Below the pieces are notes generated by a model. The model saw only the letters and a program-made list of their open reading frames with translations, was not told the DNA's origin and made no database searches. From a virus (Duplodnaviria; Caudoviricetes): a DNA stretch of 59,882 nucleotides. Shown here in pieces: positions 21,918 to 29,281 of this stretch. Each line of letters begins with the position of its first letter. The stretch's first letter is position 1. The DNA is taken from the IMG/VR virus record IMGVR_UViG_3300026519_000015, positions 1-59,882 of that record; one strand, 5' to 3'. The position numbers were made by a program, and so were the translations under genes.

Positions 21918-22167
21918 AACTCTCCCTAAACTCCTCCAGACTACATAACTCTACACGAAAACATACACCTAAACCAACACATATACGCATCAAACGCCGA
22001 AAATCTAAATTCTCCGCAACCATAAAACGACACACACTCGACCTCGATAACCCCACACACTCCCCTAGATCACCATAACTCATCCCCCTACACCACAACA
22101 ACACACACACATCATCACCAACACCACGACACACACGCAACACTAACTCGTCAATATCCACATACAT
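21886..22167 (-). CDS. XRE/Cro-family HTH protein
   Basis: RGMSYGDLGECVGLSRSSVCRF...LMRICVGLG. Confidence 0.7.
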   Translation of the reverse strand: MYVDIDELVLRVCRGVGDDVCVLLWCRGMSYGDLGECVGLSRSSVCRFMVAENLDFRRLMRICVGLGVCFRVELCSLEEFRESYGCGEVSSCG

Positions 22168-22341
22168 AACACTACCATGCCTGCCCCACGATACGCAACA
22201 CCACTATAAGTATACTGGTATACTAATATACCCCAGATCCACACTCCCCCGGAGAGTATTTCCACAACCATACACACACACTACTACCTCCCCTAGAGGA
22301 GAACTTCCCTACTCTACCCTAACCTATACACACTAGAAACC

Positions 22342-22467
22342 GCTACACAGGAAAAAATCCTAAATAAAACCCCCAGGAGGAGGCTACAAAAAAATCACAG
22401 AAACATAACCCCCACGTAGGAGGCTACACAAAAAAACCAGATCAACAACCCCACATAGGGGGCTACA
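22342..22467. repeat. Imperfect ~40-bp tandem repeat (ACCCC...GGAGGCTACA plus A-tract)
   Basis: GCTACA at 22342, 22383, 22423 and 22462. Confidence 0.7.
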
Positions 22468-22487
22468 TACCTCCACCCATACCACAT
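22395..22487 (-). CDS. Possible 30-aa membrane peptide MWYGWRYVAPYVGLLIWFFCVASYVGVMFL
   Basis: AAGGAGG 7 nt upstream of the ATG at 22487. Confidence 0.4.
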   Translation of the reverse strand: MWYGWRYVAPYVGLLIWFFCVASYVGVMFL

Positions 22488-22740
22488 ACATACACCTCCT
22501 TGCCCCCCTCCGCCCCCGGGCGCGCGCGTGGCCGTTCCGGGTGAGGGAACCTGCGCAGAGGGCCGGTCGTCCCACCCCCGCTTGAGGAATTTTCCTCAAT
22601 CCCCTAGGGTCGATTTTTCCTGCACCCCCCTGTCCCTGCCCCGGTCCTGTGGCCCATTGGAGCCTGTAGAGCTGGTTGACCCTGCCCCCTAGAGCTTGTG
22701 GAGCTGGTTGACCCCCTGGAGCTGGAGCCAGGGGGCGGAT

Positions 22741-23375
22741 CGGTATACCACATTGCATGGTATACCGGTATACCGATCTGACACCCGGGGACCCGGTATA
22801 CCTGGTTGCCCCCTGGTGCTGAGGACCACCAGCTGCTACTACCCTGCCCCGTGGCCCGGGGAGTGATAGTAGGTAGTGCGTATGTGTGTGTGTGTGTGGG
22901 CTGGTGGTGTGTTTCCCCCGCCCTACAGCCCCGTGGCCCCCCTGGAGCTGGTATACCGATCAGCGTTGGGTATACTGGTATACCCGGCTGCCATTGTCCC
23001 CACAGAGCCTGACCCCCGTCCACCCCGCCCTGCCCGTGTAACCAGCTGGTTGCCCGGTATACCTGGTATACCCCAAAAAGCACCCGGGTACAGGGTTGGT
23101 GGGGGGCTGGATACGATCCCGGGGGTACAGGGGTACAGGGGGGCAGGAAGATCCCCGGGTTGATCCGGCAAGAGGATCCTGGGGCATCCGGGTTGGTAGA
23201 GCTAGTAGAGGGTAGAGCTGGTGTGTGTGTGTGAGTGAAAAGGAAAAGATCGTCCGGAGGAGGAGTAGGATCCGGGGTATACCGGTATACCGGGGATTTT
23301 GGGGGGCCGCGCGGCAAAAATCCCGGCAGATCAGGCGGATTTAGGTTGACACAGATCGGTATACTGCAGTATACT
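22741..23375. repeat. Cluster of tandem GGTATACC/GTATAC palindromes plus (GT)n tracts; non-coding control region
   Basis: ggtataccggtatacc at ~22759 and ~23276; variants at 22742, 22795, 22950, 22969, 23056 and 23358. Confidence 0.8.
23346..23375 (+). promoter_or_regulatory. Sigma70-type promoter
   Basis: TTGACA-N18-TATACT, with GTATAC boxes in the spacer and the -10. Confidence 0.7.
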
Positions 23376-23382
23376 AGATCCA

Positions 23383-24345
23383 GTGGATACCAATATGCAT
23401 ACGGGTGCATCCCCTGCACCCGCGGGGCGCCCGCCCCGCAGGGATACCCGACCGCCGATCCGATGGATCGGGGCATTTCGCGGTCTGCCAAGATCCGAGA
23501 TCGAATCCCTGGAGTGGGAATGCCGGCAGAGGCACACACAGGTGCCCGCGGAGGTACCTGCGTGGCGACAGCCCTATCGGGTACCCGCGGTCCTGGGGAT
23601 CGTGGCCCGCGTCGAAGACGTGATCCAGGCGTACGACCACGATTGTTGGTCTAGATCCCGTGGTGGCCGGCTGCACACGGACAGCTACCCCGCGGCATCG
23701 TTGGCGGCAGCCCGCAAAAAATCGGACCACTATTGTGAAGTATTCTTGCGCCGCGGATGGATCCCGCAGGGGATCGTGCTACGGCCCGTCGCCCTACGCC
23801 ACGGGGATCCTGCCAAGGTGGACGCCGTGATCCAATGGGCATACCAACGGGCCATGCCCGTGTACATCCTGCGCGGGGGCCGGGACCTGACGCCGTACGA
23901 CCCGCGGATCGTGGCGCGCAAGGCAGCCCGCCGGGCCCGACGGACCGCCCGCAGGGTAGCGGATCCCCAGGTGTGGACCCGGCGTCTACGGCACGATGCC
24001 CCCGTGTGGCCTGCGGCCAGGTATACCCATACCCCGGACACCACGTGGTACGCGGGGTCGATCCCGGTCGACACAATGCCCGCGATCGACGGCCGTGAAC
24101 GGTACCGGTGGCGGTATGGATACTGCCACGTAACCGATCGGTATGACCCGGCGTACCAGATCCCCCAGTACCCCGGCAACCCGATCCCGGATGCCGCGTG
24201 GATGGATGGCCCGTATTGGCGGGCCCCCTGGGTATGGTCCCGCGTGGGCCAGGCGGTCCGCAAGGCCTGTCCTGCCCCGGGTCGAAAAATTTTCAAGATC
24301 AATCCGAATCATCAGGAGGTGATAGCATGCCTACTGGGCATTTGA
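23383..24345 (+). CDS. Hypothetical early protein, Arg/Trp-rich, possibly leaderless
   Basis: 320-aa ORF starting ~7 nt after the -10 box; no SD. Confidence 0.55.
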   Translation: MDTNMHTGASPAPAGRPPRRDTRPPIRWIGAFRGLPRSEIESLEWECRQRHTQVPAEVPAWRQPYRVPAVLGIVARVEDVIQAYDHDCWSRSRGGRLHTDSYPAASLAAARKKSDHYCEVFLRRGWIPQGIVLRPVALRHGDPAKVDAVIQWAYQRAMPVYILRGGRDLTPYDPRIVARKAARRARRTARRVADPQVWTRRLRHDAPVWPAARYTHTPDTTWYAGSIPVDTMPAIDGRERYRWRYGYCHVTDRYDPAYQIPQYPGNPIPDAAWMDGPYWRAPWVWSRVGQAVRKACPAPGRKIFKINPNHQEVIACLLGI

Positions 24346-24362
24346 CGCCTACGCGGGGATAG
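24327..24362 (+). CDS. 11-aa minigene MPTGHLTPTRG (candidate leader peptide)
   Basis: Near-perfect SD AGGAGGTGA immediately upstream. Confidence 0.35.
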   Translation: MPTGHLTPTRG

Positions 24363-24523
24363 ACAGGCGGAGGAGCCGCTGGATAAGTCGGTCCCCGACC
24401 TGTTAGATCCCCCTGTGTCCGGGTGTGGTCACCCGGATCGGATGACATGGCCGGCAATCCATGTCCGCATGCCAGGCGTCACTGGCGGGACCGCCCCCGG
24501 GGCCGGCGGAGGAGCCCCGGGGA
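24343..24523 (+). ncRNA. Candidate multi-stem structured RNA/leader
   Basis: tgacgcct/aggcgtca closes ggggat/atcccc, acagg/cctgt, tccgggtg/cacccgga and gacatgg/ccatgtc; followed by ccccggggc/gccccgggg. Confidence 0.5.
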
Positions 24524-24543
24524 AACCTAAAGGAGGACACAGC

Positions 24544-24741
24544 ATGTATATTTTATTTTGCAACAATATTTGGCGATATTGTATCGCCACACAGGACGAC
24601 TGGGACACGATTGTTCCGGTCGGGGAATTTAAGACATCGGATGAGGCCATCGAGGCGTGGATCCGAGAATGCAGCCCAGAGCACATGGACCGGATCCAGT
24701 GCCCCGCGGAGGGGTGGTACTATGCGTACCGCGGGGCTTAG
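24544..24741 (+). CDS. Hypothetical early protein, 65 aa
   Basis: AAGGAGGACACAGC-ATG. Confidence 0.75.
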   Translation: MYILFCNNIWRYCIATQDDWDTIVPVGEFKTSDEAIEAWIRECSPEHMDRIQCPAEGWYYAYRGA

Positions 24742-24814
24742 GATCGTCGGCACATTTTTCCCCGCCCTGGTGTGGGCGGGGGTAGTTTTAACCACACTTT
24801 AGGAGGTAGCACAC

Positions 24815-25099
24815 ATGCCATACGGACATACGATATCATGGGTCGTCATAGACGACACCCGGGCAGCGGACGTAACCCCTGTCCTCCGGCCGGAGGAGAT
24901 CCTAGGGGGCTACAGCCTCTGGGATCTCGCAGGGATCCTAGGAGATCAGCTCTACGAATATGTATGGACACACGGATCCCTGGATCCAGAGGACGCGGTA
25001 ATGATCGCCCGCAGACTAGATGACCCGGACGGCGCCTGGGTCTGCGCCTGGCGATCTGTCAACCCCTGGATCGCGCGCTGCCTGGAGCGCGTCCAGTAG
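24815..25099 (+). CDS. Hypothetical early protein
   Basis: AGGAGGT RBS. Confidence 0.75.
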   Translation: MPYGHTISWVVIDDTRAADVTPVLRPEEILGGYSLWDLAGILGDQLYEYVWTHGSLDPEDAVMIARRLDDPDGAWVCAWRSVNPWIARCLERVQ

Positions 25100-25132
25100 C
25101 TCCAGCCCCCCACCGACCAACTTTCAGATTTA

Positions 25133-25161
25133 GGCCCCCGGTATCGTGCCGGGGGCTTTTT
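25133..25161 (+). terminator. Rho-independent terminator
   Basis: gcccccggta-tcg-tgccgggggc followed by ttttt. Confidence 0.8.
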
Positions 25162-25246
25162 GATGTACCCCCCCCCCGGGGATCCGGCACCCGGGTTGAT
25201 CGGGGGTCGACCGGGGGGCCCTGGCGAGGCCCTGCCGGAATCACCC

Positions 25247-25282
25247 GCACGACTTCGGGCACGACTTCGGGCACGACTGCGG
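25247..25282 (+). repeat. 3 x 12-bp direct repeat GCACGACT(T/G)CGG
   Basis: Read directly; abuts the GTATAC boxes and the promoter. Confidence 0.85.
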
Positions 25283-25305
25283 TATACTGGTATACCTACA
25301 GGGGG

Positions 25306-25334
25306 TTGACAGGGTATACTCATACGGGTATACT
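25306..25334 (+). promoter_or_regulatory. Sigma70-type promoter
   Basis: TTGACA-N17-TATACT, flanked and overlapped by four GTATAC boxes. Confidence 0.8.
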
Positions 25335-25345
25335 ATTAATACGAT

Positions 25346-25771
25346 ATGGATATCGCCCCTGACATAGATCTCATTGGCCTGGCCCTGGAGGGTATGGGTC
25401 TGATCGAGATCCTCATCACCCCCGGAGATGGTGATGTGTTTATGTCTTCCCCACAGGGTGATGTCTGGTGGGACGCCACGTCCCGGACCTGCGTCATTGA
25501 GGATGATGCAGAGCAGGAGGTAGCCACAACCTCCTGCCCCTCCGGGATGCATCCTGACACATTTATTGCAGCCGTGATCGCAGCTGTTGAAACTGCTGAC
25601 CAACACGGTATACCCCGTGTGGAGCTAGCCCCTAGAGGCGCCCACAGCCTCCACAACCTGGGATGGCACCTGCAGAATCACGCATACGATAACCGGGTGT
25701 GTTATGCCATCCAGGATGTCCGCACACAGGACCCAGCGCGGTATATGCGGTGGTGCAGGGATACGGATTAG
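25346..25771 (+). CDS. Hypothetical acidic early protein
   Basis: First ORF after the promoter; very short leader. Confidence 0.65.
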   Translation: MDIAPDIDLIGLALEGMGLIEILITPGDGDVFMSSPQGDVWWDATSRTCVIEDDAEQEVATTSCPSGMHPDTFIAAVIAAVETADQHGIPRVELAPRGAHSLHNLGWHLQNHAYDNRVCYAIQDVRTQDPARYMRWCRDTD

Positions 25772-25811
25772 ATGTTTAGAGTGATAAAAAAACAGAGAGG
25801 AAGGACACAAC

Positions 25812-26246
25812 ATGGAAACCTACACATTTGACTATATAATTCCCTCCCGGGGATTAGTAACATCCCTATACCTGGAGGGAACTCATGTCCACATCCTCCG
25901 CCACCGAGGAGATAAAATACTGCTCCGGAAACAGTACCTCGGTGATATCCCCGGGCGGGTTGTGACCCCACACCAGAGACTCGAGGAAATAATCACCTGT
26001 CTCCTCGAGACCCATGACCCCCGAACCGAGGCGTGGAGGGAAGCTTGGAGCAATATGCTCCAGAGTCTCTGCTTGAGAGGGTACCCCGATCATATCCCCC
26101 TGGAGAAAATCCAAAAACTCCGAGAGGCGGGGAACAGCTGGGAGGATCTGGAGATCCGGCTGTCAGACCACAAAACCCGCTATTTTGCAGCGGATCTCCG
26201 GGAATATTTTTCCCCCCTACAGAATTACACCCGTGTTGACGACTAA
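25812..26246 (+). CDS. Hypothetical protein, paralog A of a tandem pair
   Basis: Shares KQYLGDIPGRVVT and YFAADxREYF with the next gene. Confidence 0.8.
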   Translation: METYTFDYIIPSRGLVTSLYLEGTHVHILRHRGDKILLRKQYLGDIPGRVVTPHQRLEEIITCLLETHDPRTEAWREAWSNMLQSLCLRGYPDHIPLEKIQKLREAGNSWEDLEIRLSDHKTRYFAADLREYFSPLQNYTRVDD

Positions 26247-26287
26247 TTTTTTCGAGTGGGAAAAAAACAACCAAAGGAGGACACAGC

Positions 26288-26698
26288 ATGTATACATTTG
26301 ACGACATCACCCCCTCCAGGAACGGGATGCACACATCCCTGTACCTGTCCGGGAGCCACATTTCCGTCTTGGAGCACACGGGCGACAGCTGGCTCCAGGG
26401 GAAACAATATTTGGGCGATATCCCCGGGAGAGTAGTAACCCGACAGCAATCCCTAGAGCAGGCTATAGCCTGCCTCCTCGAGACGTACAAGCCAGGCACC
26501 GAGGCATGGGGACACGCATGGAGCGACATGCTACAGGGGCTCTGCTGGAGGGGGTACCCGGAGGAGGTCACCCTGGAGGAGATCCGAGACCTCCGAGAGG
26601 AGGGATACGACTGGGAGGACATAGCGGACCTCCTATCGGACCACGAAACCTGCTATTTTGCAGCAGATATCCGAGAGTATTTTGCTGCGGACCTGTAA
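26288..26698 (+). CDS. Hypothetical protein, paralog B (more acidic)
   Basis: Shares the same motifs with paralog A. Confidence 0.8.
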   Translation: MYTFDDITPSRNGMHTSLYLSGSHISVLEHTGDSWLQGKQYLGDIPGRVVTRQQSLEQAIACLLETYKPGTEAWGHAWSDMLQGLCWRGYPEEVTLEEIRDLREEGYDWEDIADLLSDHETCYFAADIREYFAADL

Positions 26699-26707
26699 TT
26701 TTCAAAA

Positions 26708-26768
26708 TTTCCGAAACCCCTTCGGGGGTCCACCAGAGATGGGCTACTGGTGCTGATGATGGAAGCCT
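26708..26768 (+). ncRNA. Type II hammerhead ribozyme; predicted cleavage after GUC at 26730
   Basis: UUCC-GAAA-CCCC-UUCG-GGGG-UC / CACCAG-loop-CUGGUG-CUGAUGA-U-GGAA; loop GGGCU can pair with downstream AGCCU. Confidence 0.85.
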
Positions 26769-26783
26769 AGAGAGGACACAAAA

Positions 26784-27185
26784 ATGGGCAGAATATTAAA
26801 TTTAACCCAGCATACCGCCACCCCGGAGCAGGCGGCAGCAGGAGTTTTCGAGCCTCCTGCAGAGACCAAGAAGGAGATCCGGGAGCTGCTCACGTTCAAC
26901 GAGCTTCCGAACCGTGAGGAGATCCGGAAACGGGTCAAACGGCTAGCCGCTATTGCTAGCTACCAGATCCAAAAAGCGGAGCTTCGGCCTGCCCCAAAGG
27001 CCATGATTGGCGGAGCCCCCTATTTAATGGGGCCCCTGCAGGATGAGCTTGACAGTTGGGGCATTGTACCCCTGTACGCGTTTTCTCGACGGGAGAGCAC
27101 CGAGGTGCTCCAACGAGACGGAATCGTAACGAAAACAATACGATTCCGGCACCTGGGATTCGTGGCGGGTGTCATAAACGTTTAG
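26784..27185 (+). CDS. Csx15/Csx16/Csx20-like protein; candidate cyclic-oligoadenylate ring nuclease (anti-type III CRISPR)
   Basis: ILNLTQH..TPEQ, AMIGGAPYLM, YAFSRRESTE...DG..TK..RFRHLGF motif order. Confidence 0.5.
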   Translation: MGRILNLTQHTATPEQAAAGVFEPPAETKKEIRELLTFNELPNREEIRKRVKRLAAIASYQIQKAELRPAPKAMIGGAPYLMGPLQDELDSWGIVPLYAFSRRESTEVLQRDGIVTKTIRFRHLGFVAGVINV

Positions 27186-27217
27186 GTCGATCAGCCAGAG
27201 AAAGAGAGGAACACAAC

Positions 27218-27421
27218 ATGTATTTCGTTGATGAGAGAATGCTAGGAGGAGACCACCTGCCCCTGGAGCAGGTAGCGATCTTCGCCCGTATATTGACCGA
27301 CATCACAGGGGTAGTCTGTGTAGCAGCGGACTGTGCTCCAGTCGGGCAAGAAGCCCCGTTCAGCCAGGAGGACTGGGAGCTGGCTCTGGAGCAGTTCTGC
27401 CGGGAGGTAGAGCCGGTATGA
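27218..27421 (+). CDS. Hypothetical acidic protein, 67 aa
   Basis: GAGAGGAACACAAC-ATG. Confidence 0.7.
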   Translation: MYFVDERMLGGDHLPLEQVAIFARILTDITGVVCVAADCAPVGQEAPFSQEDWELALEQFCREVEPV

Positions 27422-28086
27422 CGATCCAGGAAGCAGCCAAAACTTTGCGTGGGATCGCAGAATCCAGCACATCACCAGACCTACAACCCAACCATTTCAA
27501 AATCCACAAATCCCACCCGGAGCTGGTACCGATCAGCCCCCCGACCCAGAAGATCCTGACCCTCGTGACAGCCGGAGGGATGGGGTCTATTTTATTTACC
27601 CCCGGACCCGACGACCCCGACCCGGGCACCCCACCAGGACAGGAGCCCCAACTGAATACACGACTTCGAAAACTGTGGGGCAACACGGTATACCGTGACT
27701 TCGTAACCATGCGCACCCACATCCTGACCCAACGGGGGCGCAAGCGCACCAGCTTTACGATCCACCCAACCGCTGCCAAAAAGATCGCATCCCGGATCTG
27801 GAAAGCAGGGTTACGAAAGACCGAGGATTATGTAGTGATAAAGCCCCACAAGAACGCGATCTACCTTGAGTTATACGGGGCATTGCACGAACTAGACTGC
27901 TGCCCCCTGACGAAAATAACCCAGAACCGCAGGATTAGCCTGTGTGCCAAAACCATCCGGGGCATGCTGCGGTATTGTGGGAAACAGGGGGAATCCCTAC
28001 GAGTCGAGTACTCGACTTCCCAAAAATTGATCGAATTAACCGGCGCCACGATTTACTGGGCTGGATTAGGGAGGAAATGGCTATGA
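27418..28086 (+). CDS. Hypothetical protein; weak resemblance to a sliding-clamp fold
   Basis: ATGA coupling; C-terminal ISL.AK.I..ML...LRVEY...LIEL pattern. Confidence 0.4.
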   Translation: MTIQEAAKTLRGIAESSTSPDLQPNHFKIHKSHPELVPISPPTQKILTLVTAGGMGSILFTPGPDDPDPGTPPGQEPQLNTRLRKLWGNTVYRDFVTMRTHILTQRGRKRTSFTIHPTAAKKIASRIWKAGLRKTEDYVVIKPHKNAIYLELYGALHELDCCPLTKITQNRRISLCAKTIRGMLRYCGKQGESLRVEYSTSQKLIELTGATIYWAGLGRKWL

Positions 28087-28445
28087 AACACATACAATTT
28101 AAGGCGACAGGGGCCCTGGAGGAGGCGATCCTGGACAGGACCCCGTTACTCCAGAGCTGCCACCTGGTGGCGAAACGGGACCTGGCTCGTTACTATGAGC
28201 TGATCGAAAAGGTCGCGGTCCCGAAGGGATTGGTGAGCCGGTTCCGTGCCCTGGGGATGGGGGGGATCAATACGGTGGGGGAGCTGTGTATGCTGGCGGT
28301 TATGCATGGTGCAACCCAGGCAGACCTCGAAAAACTTCGAAAAATGGCTCCCTGGGAGCTGGCTAAATTATTGGATGAGTTGACACTCCCGGAGGAATCC
28401 GGGAACTACGCAGGTTTACGGGAACGGAGGACACAGACATGTTAA
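28083..28445 (+). CDS. Hypothetical protein, 120 aa
   Basis: GGAGG RBS; ATGA coupling. Confidence 0.65.
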   Translation: MKHIQFKATGALEEAILDRTPLLQSCHLVAKRDLARYYELIEKVAVPKGLVSRFRALGMGGINTVGELCMLAVMHGATQADLEKLRKMAPWELAKLLDELTLPEESGNYAGLRERRTQTC

Positions 28446-28633
28446 TCACAGGCAAGCTCCTAAAGGAACATGGAGCATGTACGGAATGGCTCGAACGATT
28501 CGAGCAGAACTATCCGGGACCTTACAGGTGCCTACACACACCACCAGGACCCCAAAACTGGAAAACTTTCCCTAAAAACCCCCTTTTTGGGGACAAAACA
28601 TATAAAAATAACGAAAGGACACAAAGACCATGA
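28439..28633 (+). CDS. Short protein (IT.KLLKEHGAC.E..ERF N-terminus), possibly truncated
   Basis: GGAGGACACAGAC-ATG; the C-terminal half looks non-coding. Confidence 0.45.
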   Translation: MLITGKLLKEHGACTEWLERFEQNYPGPYRCLHTPPGPQNWKTFPKNPLFGDKTYKNNERTQRP

Positions 28634-28998
28634 GAACACTACTATTTGAGGCAGGGGTATACTTCGCAAAAACCCACGAAGACGACATCCGATACATTTA
28701 CCGGAACTATTACCCGGAAGACGGGGTAGAGACCCGGCAGTTTTTCCTAGAACTCGAGACCCAGGTGCTCCGGCAACTAGACACAGACACCGAGCAGTCC
28801 GACATCCCGCTCTATCTTAGCCTCCCGGCAGAAGCCACAATCCTCCGGGACCTCCGGGACCGTGACTCAAGATTCCTCGATGGAATCGTGTCCGAAGCCG
28901 AATCCTGGGAAGACCTGGAGTTCTACCACACCCGGGACGCAGACGAAGAAACAATGCTGGACAACAAATACCGGTTGGAGGCGATCCAAAATGCTTGA
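28630..28998 (+). CDS. Hypothetical acidic protein
   Basis: AAGGACACAAAGACC-ATG. Confidence 0.7.
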   Translation: MRTLLFEAGVYFAKTHEDDIRYIYRNYYPEDGVETRQFFLELETQVLRQLDTDTEQSDIPLYLSLPAEATILRDLRDRDSRFLDGIVSEAESWEDLEFYHTRDADEETMLDNKYRLEAIQNA

Positions 28999-29281
28999 GT
29001 ATAACGCTTGGAGAATGATTGCAGACAGTATTGTGGAGCACAACCCGGTACTCGTAACACAACCTCCCCAGGATCTACGGGCTCTTGAGGTATGGCTCCA
29101 CGCATGGGCACACTATACCTATCAAACCCTACCGCGATCCCTACCCCCAGTCTACCGAGACCTGACCGGGTTCAGTACCGCAGTAATCCGGGACAATATT
29201 CCAAAACTCGCCCCTATGGTTATGACCGCGATCCGGGACTATGGGTACTATGCAGACCGAGAGGTAACTCAGAATGTCTAA
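28991..29281 (+). CDS. Hypothetical protein, 96 aa
   Basis: GGAGG RBS before the ATG at 28991. Confidence 0.65.
   Translation: MLEYNAWRMIADSIVEHNPVLVTQPPQDLRALEVWLHAWAHYTYQTLPRSLPPVYRDLTGFSTAVIRDNIPKLAPMVMTAIRDYGYYADREVTQNV

Noticed and set aside
115-22000. Many plus-strand ORFs in the track
   Set aside because: Shadows of the tightly packed minus-strand virion operon; no RBS or recognisable motifs
22604-23539. 311-aa minus-strand ORF and overlapping ORFs
   Set aside because: P/G/Y low-complexity translation of the GGTATACC/(GT)n repeat region; no RBS
24285-24316. CUGAUGA...GAAA on the minus strand as a second hammerhead
   Set aside because: No supporting stems or cleavage triplet geometry
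24360-24362. Amber recoding suggested by short TAG-ending ORFs
   Set aside because: Capsid, portal, scaffold and other core genes end normally at TAG, and long genes are uninterrupted
22342-25282. Possible CRISPR mini-array
   Set aside because: The repeats are tandem or degenerate, without constant repeats separated by unique spacers; no cas genes
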